Assembly (NCBI GenBank): GCA_016700035.1
Contig: CP064998.1
Location: forward strand, 135,021 to 199,020
Direction: 5' to 3'
Length of the DNA stretch: 64,000 bases
Origin: a bacterium
GTDB lineage: Bacteria > Patescibacteriota > Saccharimonadia > CAILAD01 > GCA-016700035
The notes under the pieces were generated by a model, which was not told where the DNA came from, made no database searches, and was given only the letters and a program-made list of their open reading frames with translations. Both the position numbers and the translations under genes were made by a program. Positions within the stretch are counted from its first letter, which is position 1. Each line of letters begins with the position of its first letter. Positions 9,072-18,004 of this stretch are shown here, in pieces.

Positions 9072-12000
9072 GTGATATCAGGTATAATAAGCACAAGTAG
9101 TTTTATGGTGCTCTTACAAGAGGCTGTTACCAAGAATTTTATGAAGAAAAATACAATTGAACATCTGGGGCAAGCCTCAAAAAAAGTCTTAGCTACACCT
9201 GGCAGGTGCTATGTTGCGGCATCTTCTACGCGAAGTCGCACAATTATTCCAGTTCATCAGAAGCTATCTAAAAAATTTGGCTGGTATGAGAAGTGGCACA
9301 AGCATCCTCATCACAAGAAGGTGCATGGGGCGGTGTTGGGTGCTTATCTGATTGCTTTAATTGTATCCTTTAGTATTTTTCAGATGGCAAAGGCTGGAGA
9401 CCTTAATGATGTTTGGGATTTTTCGAATGATACCGGCCTTACGCTATCAGATTCTAACCTGATTGAAGTAAGTAATGGGGTGGTTCGCTTGAAAGCCCAG
9501 AACTACGCTAGCGACGGAAATACAGTGGGTTTGTGGCATAGTGATGAAAATAGTGGATCAACCATGGCTGATAGTTCGGCAAACGGCAATACAGCTACTT
9601 TGGTAGGTTCTCCAACTTGGTCGGTAGGTAATTTAGTAAATGCTATTAATTTTAACGGCACCAGTCAGTATGCTAGCGCGAATGATTCGGCCTCACTCTC
9701 CATAACTGGAAATAATACGCTGGAAAGTTGGGTAAAATTCTCTAACCCATTTAGTGCTGGTTCGTCGCAATATCGACAAACCATACTGGATAAAGGTAGT
9801 TATCAACTTTATTATGATAGCGAGACAGGTCGAGTAACTTATGAGCTCGAAAATAGTGGGGCAAACTCTTGGACTCAGCAAGCTGGGTACGACATGTTAA
9901 ATAATAACGGTGCAAAAATAAAGAAGAGTTGGGATCAAAACGGCAAACAAAATGCACAAGCAACCGTTAAGATGGGCGATAAAATTTATGCAGCTTTGGG
10001 TGGAAGCACGAATGATGCAGAAATATGGGAGTATGATACTTTAACCAATGACTGGAGTCAGGTTGCTGGAGATGGCATCAACTCCAGTTGGAATAACGAA
10101 ATAAGCACCAATGCATATGAATCTGTTTTGTCGTTGGCAACAAATGGTACAGACACTTTGTATGCAGGTCTAGGCACTGGGACTAACGACGGAGATGTTT
10201 GGCGTTTTAAAAGCGGTTCGTGGTTAAAAATAGGTGGTGATGGCATCAATTCAAGTTGGCCAGGTAACTCTTTTAACGGTGTATATTCATTAGCCGTAAA
10301 TGGCTCCACCGTTTGGGCAGGACTTGGCAGCGGTGGTAACGCAGCTCAAGCGTGGGTATGTAATGATTGTGAAAATAATCCTAATTGGGGCGGAAGCCGA
10401 TTAGGTGGCTTTAATGGAACTGCTCGTGGTTGGCCAGCTAACTATGAAATTGTATATGCAATGACGTTGGTTGGAGGCAATCCAGTGGTTGGGTTAGGAG
10501 CAAGTGCGGGTGATGGCGAAGTTTGGCAGTGTACGGCTAATTGTTCTACTCCAGGATCGGCTACGTGGGTTAAACTGGGTGGTGACGGGAGTGGATCTGG
10601 AGGTCAGAGTTGGGGGTCGGCTGCCGAATATGTGCTTACACTTGCATCCAATGGTAATACTATCTATGTTGGCACCGGTGTTACAGCTAATGCAGACACT
10701 GAAGTCTGGTCGTGTGATGTGACGGTTAATTGCACGCCAACTGGTACTGGCTGGACAAGACTTGGTACTAATGCTACTTTTGGTTCGACTAAACTCGGGG
10801 TTTATAGTATCTCGAACAATGGCAGTACATTGTATGTGGGGGTCGGTGGCTCAACTGGAGACGATGAAGTTTGGCGTTATGATGGGTCTTGGACAAAAGT
10901 TGGTGGCGATAATCTTAATAGCGGTTGGAGCTCTACTCATCAATATGCAAGGTCAGTTTTAGTGGATGGCACAACTGTTTATGCAGGCCTGCAAAATACC
11001 ACAGAAGCATATATGTGGAAGTGCTCTAACTGTGATAGTTCACCTAACTGGGGCGGTATACGTATCGGCGGTAAATACGTTAATAAAAGTTGGGGTCAAT
11101 ATAATTTACAAAGTATTGAATCATCGTCAACGGCTGGTGGAAAATTGTATGTTGGTACGGGCAGCACGGTTGCTGGAAATGCAACGGTATGGGAACAAGA
11201 TCCATCTTCTGGAAATTGGACTATGGTTGGGGGTCAAGGTATAAATTCAAGCTGGAGTCCGGATACTTACGAGGCGGTCTGGTCGATGACCAATTATAAA
11301 AATAAACTATATGTGGGCTTGGGAAGTACAGTTGGTGAGGCAGAAGTTTGGCGTTATGATAACCCTGGTTGGACTAAAGTAGCCGATGGTAATCCATCGG
11401 TTGGTAGTGCATGGGGCAATAACTATGAGCAGGTGTTGTCTTTAGGGGTTGCGAACGACAAACTTTATGCTGGGCTAGGTGCAAGTTCTGGTGACGGAGA
11501 AGTTTGGGTTTGTAATGGATGTGATGGAGCAAGTCCAAATTGGGGTGGTGCAGCAATCGGTGGAACAGCAACTGGCAATTGGGGCACAACGCCACATTCT
11601 GCGGTTAGCTCAATGGTTACATATAAAGGATCTTTATATGTGGGCCTGGGTAATTATACTACTGGGCTTGCAGAAGTTTGGCGTTACAGCGGTGCTGGCA
11701 CAAACTGGACAAAAGTTGGCGGAGATGCCATTAACTCTAGTTGGGCAAATAGCCAGTATGAAGATGTGCCAAACTTAGTTGTTTGGAATGACAAGATCAT
11801 TGCTGGACTTGGATCTAGTGGAGTTGGAGCTCCAAATAATGACGCAGAGGTGTGGTCATGTACGGATTGCGACGGAGGTTCACCAACCTGGGCTAAAATC
11901 GGTGGTGATAGTAATGGGTCTGATAATTTGGGCTGGTTGGATGCGAGCAATTATGATAGGGTAAAATCTTTAGCGGTTTATAACGGTGATTTATATGCTG

Positions 12001-15000
12001 GGCTCGGACTGAGTACTGGTGACGGAGAAGTTTGGCGGTTTAACGGATCTGCCTGGTCGCAAGTTGGTGGTGACGGTACAAATAACGGCTGGATAGATTC
12101 TGTTGTCGAAGAAGTCTCGGCAATGATTGTTTATCGTGGAAAGCTGTATGTAGGTACTGGCAACAGCGCAAATAGCGATGCTATGGTCTGGTCATATGGA
12201 GATAACGGCTATTTACAATCTTCGACCACCAGCCAAGATACTAGTTGGCACCACGTGGCAGCTCGCTATAACGGTACCACTATGGAGCTTTTGATAGACG
12301 GCACCAGTGTTGGTACAGCTACTAAAACAGTTACCATGCCGGATGGCAATTTGCCACTTTTGCTTGGTAAATCTTATGGTGGTTTTGACAACGGTCGCTC
12401 ACAAGGGTTTTTTGAAGGAACTTTAGATGAAGTCCGTATTTCAAATATTAATAGAAATTCATTTACTACAAGTCCCTATACGAGCAGTGTGGTTACAGTA
12501 GAGCTAACAGATGCTATACGTAAAAATGGTGTTTGGAATTGGGATTCGCTTATGGCTACAGAAAATCCAGCCGGTGGAACCATTGCTTATCGACTGAGTG
12601 ATGATGATGGAGTGAGCTGGAAGTATTGGGATGGTTCGAGTTGGGCAAATTCAGCGTCGGTCACTCAGGTGAATGCTATATCTGTAATTGATACAAATAT
12701 TGATTCATTTCCAGTGAGCTTTTCGGGTATTAAATGGCAGGCAGTTTTGCAGGGGAACGGCAATCAGCAAGTTTCGGTTGGTGATATATCATTATCTTCG
12801 GTTTCAGATAGTGATGATCCTAGTGTAAATGCATCATCTATTCAGATGCAGAAATCAAACGGTGGTCCTGCGGTAATCAGTAATGGCTGGACTAATGGCT
12901 CAGCGCCATATTTTAGCTGGACGGCAGCCAATGACGCAAAATCCGGGATTAAAGGGTACTGTTTAAGCTTGAGTCAGACACCTTCAGATAATCCAATTAC
13001 AACAAAGGGGATCTTAGGTACTAGCCCAGCTAACACGGGTGGCAATTGTCAATTTGTTGTGACTACTACATCAATTGATCTAGCAACTGCTGGCTATCTA
13101 GCAACACCCCTAACATCATCAAGCTCCCCATATTATCTAAGTATTAAGGCAATAGATAATGCAGGTAATGTTTATAGTACCACTGAACAGTTCCAATTTA
13201 GGTTTGACAATACCAATCCTGCAAATCCGGGCTATATAACTGCTCCATCTGGCTTTATTAACACTAAACAGGCAACATTGACTTGGCCGAGTTCTGGTGG
13301 GACTGCGGCCCAAGATACTAACTCGGGTGTAGCCGGCCTACAATATCGCATTAATGGCGGCACTTGGTATGGAGATAACCATAATGGTAGTCAGGATGCT
13401 ACTGATCTACTATCAAATGATGGTAATTATGCGACAGTTGATCCAATAGATTTTAATGTGCTTGTTGATGGAATTAATACTTTTGAATTTAGGACATGGG
13501 ATAATGCCGGTAATTATACGACAAGCTTTGTTACAGCGGATTTAAAGATAAATACAAATGGTGCACCATCGCAGCCTCAAAATGTTACTGCGAGCCCGAG
13601 TACTAATACGGCCAATGCTTTTGCTTTTAGCTGGGATGCACCCACAACTTTTGTAGGGGACGAGAATAACCTAACTTATTGCTATACGATTAATACGGTA
13701 CCAAATGCAAGTAATTGTACATTTACACCACCAGGTATCACGTCTCTTGGATCGAATGCCTATGCGACTCAACCTGGTGCAAATATTTTCTATGTAGTCG
13801 CTAAAGATGAATCAAACAATATAAATTACACAACATATTCACAGGTGACTTTTACTGCTAATACTGTTGCTCCGGGTATCCCACTAAACTCAGATATAGT
13901 CGATGTTTCTATTAAGTCGACGAGCAATTGGCGCCTTGCTCTCACCTGGGATCCACCGACCAATATTGGTTCAGGTGTTGCTTCATATAAGATCTACCGG
14001 TCAACAAATAATGCCACATTTGTTTATATTGGATCCAGTACGAGTACAACGTATATTGATGCGGGACTTTCCCAGGTTGAATATTATTATCGTGTAAAGG
14101 CATGTGACTCTACTAATAATTGTGGCGCTGAGAGCTCATCAGTTTCAATGATCCCAACGGGTAAATTTACCTCACCAGCTAATCTTACAACAGACCCTAG
14201 TGTAGCTAATATTACAACACGTAGGGCTAGTATTGATTGGTCCACGGATAGACCAAGTGATTCAAAAATTGCAATCGGTACCAAAACTGGTGAGTATAGT
14301 CCTTCTGAGCTCGCTAACTCCGATCAAGTTACCAGTCATATGATTGACTTAACAAATCTCCAAGCTGGTACGACGTATTATTATGTTGCTAAATGGACCG
14401 ATGAGGATGGTAATACAGGTATGAGTTCAGAGCTGTCGTTTACGACCTCTCCAGCTCCAATAGTTAAAGAGGTACAAGCAACTAGGATCGGTTTAAGCTC
14501 TGCTACGATTCAGTTTTCAGTGCGACAAGCCACACAGGCTAAGATTTATTATGGCCAAAGTGAAGGGTTTGGTGGCCTAAAGTTGGTTAATACATCCACG
14601 GCTGAATCTAGTTATACTGTTGATTTAGCAGATCTATCGGATGGGGTAAAATATTTTTACAAAGTTAACAGTGTAGATAGTGAAGGCAATGAATATGAGG
14701 GTAGTGTTCTAACTTTTACAACACCACAAAGGCCAAAGATATCAAATGTTACGCTTCAACCTGTAGAAGGCGAGCCAACAAGCACCCAGCGTGTTGGTTG
14801 GATAACTAATGTGCCTACCACTTCTCAGGTAGTGTACGGTCGTACAGGCGGAGTGACTCAAGAGATTAGTGATTCACAATTGGTTACAGAGCATGAAGTA
14901 GTAATGCGTGACTTGCAGGATGATAGTCAGTATTCACTAATAGTCCAGTCGCGAGATGATGGTGGTAATCTTGCGACAAGTGAGCGTCAGGTTTTTAAGA

Positions 15001-15395
15001 CAGCATTAGACACTAGGCCACCAAAAGTGTCTGATGTAAGTGTAGAAACTACAATTCGTGGAGTGGGTAGCGAGGCTCGTGGTCAATTAGTAATAACCTG
15101 GAAGACGGATGAGCCCTCAACCAGTCAAGTTGCTTTTGGAGAGGGTGCTAGCACTGCATCATTCTCCAGTATGACAACTGAAGATGCTATTTTAACCACT
15201 GAGCACATTGTTATTGTCTCGGATCTATCAACAGCAAAGGTTTACAATGTACAGGCGCTATCAAAGGATAGGTCGGGTAATCAGGTTAAATCTGACCCCC
15301 AGTCTACAATAGTGGGGCGTGCTTCTGACTCTGTACTATCCATTATCTTTAATACTTTACAGAAGATGTTTGGTTTTTTGGGTAAGGAAAGTTAA
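9072..15395 (+). CDS. giant (2107 aa) membrane-anchored surface protein: N-terminal basic tail + single TM, about 14 beta-propeller-like repeats, LamG/concanavalin-like domain, long array of FN3/purple-acid-phosphatase-N-like domains, conserved C-terminal tail
   Basis: single uninterrupted ORF; repeats of type LYxGxG...GDGEVWxC..C....NWGG; LamG-like segment HHVAARYNGTTMELLIDG...LDEVRISN; C-terminal 1000 aa homologous to 46277..50794. The true start may be the internal Met at about 9141. Confidence 0.85.
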   Translation: MISGIISTSSFMVLLQEAVTKNFMKKNTIEHLGQASKKVLATPGRCYVAASSTRSRTIIPVHQKLSKKFGWYEKWHKHPHHKKVHGAVLGAYLIALIVSFSIFQMAKAGDLNDVWDFSNDTGLTLSDSNLIEVSNGVVRLKAQNYASDGNTVGLWHSDENSGSTMADSSANGNTATLVGSPTWSVGNLVNAINFNGTSQYASANDSASLSITGNNTLESWVKFSNPFSAGSSQYRQTILDKGSYQLYYDSETGRVTYELENSGANSWTQQAGYDMLNNNGAKIKKSWDQNGKQNAQATVKMGDKIYAALGGSTNDAEIWEYDTLTNDWSQVAGDGINSSWNNEISTNAYESVLSLATNGTDTLYAGLGTGTNDGDVWRFKSGSWLKIGGDGINSSWPGNSFNGVYSLAVNGSTVWAGLGSGGNAAQAWVCNDCENNPNWGGSRLGGFNGTARGWPANYEIVYAMTLVGGNPVVGLGASAGDGEVWQCTANCSTPGSATWVKLGGDGSGSGGQSWGSAAEYVLTLASNGNTIYVGTGVTANADTEVWSCDVTVNCTPTGTGWTRLGTNATFGSTKLGVYSISNNGSTLYVGVGGSTGDDEVWRYDGSWTKVGGDNLNSGWSSTHQYARSVLVDGTTVYAGLQNTTEAYMWKCSNCDSSPNWGGIRIGGKYVNKSWGQYNLQSIESSSTAGGKLYVGTGSTVAGNATVWEQDPSSGNWTMVGGQGINSSWSPDTYEAVWSMTNYKNKLYVGLGSTVGEAEVWRYDNPGWTKVADGNPSVGSAWGNNYEQVLSLGVANDKLYAGLGASSGDGEVWVCNGCDGASPNWGGAAIGGTATGNWGTTPHSAVSSMVTYKGSLYVGLGNYTTGLAEVWRYSGAGTNWTKVGGDAINSSWANSQYEDVPNLVVWNDKIIAGLGSSGVGAPNNDAEVWSCTDCDGGSPTWAKIGGDSNGSDNLGWLDASNYDRVKSLAVYNGDLYAGLGLSTGDGEVWRFNGSAWSQVGGDGTNNGWIDSVVEEVSAMIVYRGKLYVGTGNSANSDAMVWSYGDNGYLQSSTTSQDTSWHHVAARYNGTTMELLIDGTSVGTATKTVTMPDGNLPLLLGKSYGGFDNGRSQGFFEGTLDEVRISNINRNSFTTSPYTSSVVTVELTDAIRKNGVWNWDSLMATENPAGGTIAYRLSDDDGVSWKYWDGSSWANSASVTQVNAISVIDTNIDSFPVSFSGIKWQAVLQGNGNQQVSVGDISLSSVSDSDDPSVNASSIQMQKSNGGPAVISNGWTNGSAPYFSWTAANDAKSGIKGYCLSLSQTPSDNPITTKGILGTSPANTGGNCQFVVTTTSIDLATAGYLATPLTSSSSPYYLSIKAIDNAGNVYSTTEQFQFRFDNTNPANPGYITAPSGFINTKQATLTWPSSGGTAAQDTNSGVAGLQYRINGGTWYGDNHNGSQDATDLLSNDGNYATVDPIDFNVLVDGINTFEFRTWDNAGNYTTSFVTADLKINTNGAPSQPQNVTASPSTNTANAFAFSWDAPTTFVGDENNLTYCYTINTVPNASNCTFTPPGITSLGSNAYATQPGANIFYVVAKDESNNINYTTYSQVTFTANTVAPGIPLNSDIVDVSIKSTSNWRLALTWDPPTNIGSGVASYKIYRSTNNATFVYIGSSTSTTYIDAGLSQVEYYYRVKACDSTNNCGAESSSVSMIPTGKFTSPANLTTDPSVANITTRRASIDWSTDRPSDSKIAIGTKTGEYSPSELANSDQVTSHMIDLTNLQAGTTYYYVAKWTDEDGNTGMSSELSFTTSPAPIVKEVQATRIGLSSATIQFSVRQATQAKIYYGQSEGFGGLKLVNTSTAESSYTVDLADLSDGVKYFYKVNSVDSEGNEYEGSVLTFTTPQRPKISNVTLQPVEGEPTSTQRVGWITNVPTTSQVVYGRTGGVTQEISDSQLVTEHEVVMRDLQDDSQYSLIVQSRDDGGNLATSERQVFKTALDTRPPKVSDVSVETTIRGVGSEARGQLVITWKTDEPSTSQVAFGEGASTASFSSMTTEDAILTTEHIVIVSDLSTAKVYNVQALSKDRSGNQVKSDPQSTIVGRASDSVLSIIFNTLQKMFGFLGKES

Positions 15396-15396
15396 T

Positions 15397-16344
15397 ATGG
15401 CAATTCAAACACCACAAGCACTGATTAGCCTTGAGCAAGTTGATAAGAAGTTTGTCTTGAGCACAGAGACGGTTCACGCATTAAAGAGTGTAAGTTTTAG
15501 TATTCCTAAAGAATCCTTCTCAATTATTTATGGGCCATCTGGTTCTGGTAAGTCTACTCTACTAAATACTATGGTTGGGCTTGAACCACCGACTGCAGGA
15601 CGAGTGGTAATTGAAGGTCAAGATTTATACAGTCTAAATTCAGATCAACGGGCTAATTTTCGGGCTCGTACGTTAGGGATGGTATATCAAACAAATTATT
15701 GGGTAAATAGTCTTACTGTGCTTGAAAATGTTTGCATGCCTTTATTTCTTGCGGGATATTCAAAACGACAAGCAATATCGGTAGCGTTGGACAGCTTAAC
15801 AATGGTAGGAATGGCGGATTTCACCAAGAAGCGCCCAACGGTATTGTCAGGCGGTCAACAGCAACGTGTTTCGATGGCTCGGGCTATCGTAGCTAATCCT
15901 GAGCTGATAGTAGCCGATGAGCCAACTGGTAACCTGGATACTAAAAATGGTGATATGATTATGAACTTGTTATCAGATCTCAACCATAAGCTTCATAAAA
16001 CAATTATTTTAGTAACACATAATTTAGAATATCTATCCTTAAGCACTCATCGAGTTCAGATTAAAGATGGTACTGTTGTAGAAGATGCCGGTATATATGG
16101 CCTTACTCCAAAACAAAAGAAAGAAAGAATAAAACGCCTCCAGGAGAGTTTTACGCAGAAGGGTGGACCAGCTAAAAGCAATATGACTATTGCTGAAATG
16201 CAAAATCAATTGGCCGGAGGAGATGCAGATGAAGTGGATTCGAATGAATCGGGCTCAAAAATATCTAAGGTGAATGAAGAAAAATTACAGTCAAAAAAAG
16301 GATTAGTTGATGGTGTGTCTAAGAAAAAAGGACATAAATCATGA
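15397..16344 (+). CDS. ABC transporter ATP-binding protein, MacB/LolD/FtsE-like, with Lys/Glu-rich C-terminal extension
   Basis: Walker A GPSGSGKST, signature LSGGQQQRV, Walker B LIVADEPT; start 2 nt after the giant-protein stop. Confidence 0.85.
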   Translation: MAIQTPQALISLEQVDKKFVLSTETVHALKSVSFSIPKESFSIIYGPSGSGKSTLLNTMVGLEPPTAGRVVIEGQDLYSLNSDQRANFRARTLGMVYQTNYWVNSLTVLENVCMPLFLAGYSKRQAISVALDSLTMVGMADFTKKRPTVLSGGQQQRVSMARAIVANPELIVADEPTGNLDTKNGDMIMNLLSDLNHKLHKTIILVTHNLEYLSLSTHRVQIKDGTVVEDAGIYGLTPKQKKERIKRLQESFTQKGGPAKSNMTIAEMQNQLAGGDADEVDSNESGSKISKVNEEKLQSKKGLVDGVSKKKGHKS

Positions 16345-17606
16345 ACTTAGAGCATCATAACCAGCTGAATAGCCCTAAAAAGAAAAACAAAACAAAGTAT
16401 ATTCGTATGCGTATTTTGCTATCGATGGCTTATAGAAATTTACTATTTAAAAAGTTACGTACCTTTTTAACGGTACTGGGTGTTGTTATTGGGATTGGTG
16501 CAATTGTATTCTTGGTTTCACTTGGACTGGGGCTACAGCAGGTTGTGACAAATGAGATTGTAGGTTCTAAGTCGGTTAAAGCAATTGATGTTTCTTCACC
16601 TAAACCAAAAACCATTAAGCTCAATAAAGATGCAGTTAATAAATTCATTAAGTATCCTAAAGTTGATAGTGTGGCACCAACCTTCTCATTTGCGGGTAAA
16701 GTGGTATTTCAGAGTTCAAATACAGATAGTGTCATAAACGGATCTGACCAAAATTATTTTGATCTGAGTTCATTTAAGTTAGTTGAAGGCAAGAAGATTG
16801 CCTTGGAATCTGATGATCAAGTAGTAGTTAACACATCGCTTTTAAAGACCATTGGTATTTCAGATAGCTCTAAAATTATGAATCAGAAGATCAAGCTAGT
16901 TATACCAAAAGAGAAGCGTCAAGAAGCCAGCGGTAATAATGAGGTCAAAGATGATTTTGAAAGAATTATGACTGTTGTGGGGGTGGTTGATTCTGGGTCT
17001 GGTGCTGAGGTATTTACAACAGATACGCTACTTTTGAGTTCTGGTTTTCAGGACTATAATCAAGTAAAGGTGGTTGTCGAAACAAAAGAAGATGTTGCAA
17101 TGGTACGAAAACAAATCGAGGGCCTTGGATTTATCACCGCTTCACCAGTTGATACTTTAGATCAAATTAATCAAGTATTTACTATCCTGAATATTCTCTT
17201 AGCCGGATTTGGTGGTATTGGTATGGTGATTGCCGTATTGGGGATGTTTAATACGCTCACTATCTCGCTTTTAGAGCGTACCAAAGAAATCGGATTGTTA
17301 GTTTCTTTAGGGGCTCGCCGAAAAGATGTGCGGAGATTATTCATTATTGAGGCATTAGCATTATCATTTATGGGCGCATCATTTGGCATTATGGCATCGT
17401 GGGGATTAGGCGGATTAATTAATACGGCTTTATTTAGCCTTGCTAGATCTAGAGGGGTATCAGAAACTTTTTCAGTATTCTATATACCAATATGGTTAAT
17501 TTTGGTTATTCTGGTCTTTACTACTATCGTGGGATTGCTAGTAGTAGCATATCCTGCGCACAGGGCTTCACGTATTAGTCCGATAGATGCATTACGGCAT
17601 GAGTAG
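16341..17606 (+). CDS. ABC transporter permease, FtsX/MacB type (TM1, about 220-aa extracytoplasmic domain, 3 C-terminal TMs)
   Basis: FtsX-family C-terminal motif ISLLERTKEIGLLVSLGARRKDVRRLFIIEAL; ATGA overlap with the ATPase gene. Confidence 0.85.
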   Translation: MNLEHHNQLNSPKKKNKTKYIRMRILLSMAYRNLLFKKLRTFLTVLGVVIGIGAIVFLVSLGLGLQQVVTNEIVGSKSVKAIDVSSPKPKTIKLNKDAVNKFIKYPKVDSVAPTFSFAGKVVFQSSNTDSVINGSDQNYFDLSSFKLVEGKKIALESDDQVVVNTSLLKTIGISDSSKIMNQKIKLVIPKEKRQEASGNNEVKDDFERIMTVVGVVDSGSGAEVFTTDTLLLSSGFQDYNQVKVVVETKEDVAMVRKQIEGLGFITASPVDTLDQINQVFTILNILLAGFGGIGMVIAVLGMFNTLTISLLERTKEIGLLVSLGARRKDVRRLFIIEALALSFMGASFGIMASWGLGGLINTALFSLARSRGVSETFSVFYIPIWLILVILVFTTIVGLLVVAYPAHRASRISPIDALRHE

Positions 17607-17723
17607 ATCGATTGGCTCTAAACTAATTTTATAAATTTAATTATTAATAGTATTTTCTGTTAGCAATATTGCATGAAGTAATTTATTGCGGTATGATATC
17701 TGCGCTCTTTAGAATAGTGTTAA

Positions 17724-17800
17724 GGGTCCTTAGCTCAGTTGGCTAGAGCGCTTCCTTGACGTGGAAGAGGTCAGAGGTTCGAGTCCCCTAGGACCCACCA
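17724..17800 (+). tRNA. tRNA-Val (anticodon GAC)
   Basis: acceptor GGGTCCT/AGGACCC, anticodon arm CTTCC-TTGACGT-GGAAG, T-arm AGAGG-TTCGAGT-CCCCT, CCA encoded. Confidence 0.85.
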
Positions 17801-17836
17801 TAGAAATAGATTATACTTAACTTATATAATGAATAG

Positions 17837-18004
17837 GGCGTATGTAGCTTAACCAACTATTAGTCCCGTAGCTGCGGGCGTAACACGTAGCAAAACAGTG
17901 ATTCACCTTATCTCGATAGTGAATAAGCCTGGTGGAACCCCCCAATAACTTGGGGCCAGGCAACGAGATAGGTGTATTTTAATATTAATCGGAGAGAATT
18001 AGTT
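17837..18004 (+). promoter_or_regulatory. T-box riboswitch leader (Thr) of thrS; antiterminator at 17927..17961
   Basis: -10 TATAAT at about 17825-17830. Antiterminator: A1 GCCUGG / 7-nt bulge UGGAACC / A2 CCCCAA-UAAC-UUGGGG / A1' CCAGGC. This equals the canonical T-box AGGGUGGNACC architecture, and N=A pairs with the U discriminator of tRNA-Thr. Confidence 0.6.

Noticed and set aside
9693-14284. Many 60-100 aa ORFs on both strands inside the giant protein gene (for example 9693..9881, 10058..10309, 11374..11595, 13903..14097)
   Set aside because: Nested within a 6.3-kb uninterrupted ORF with clear domain structure; spurious.
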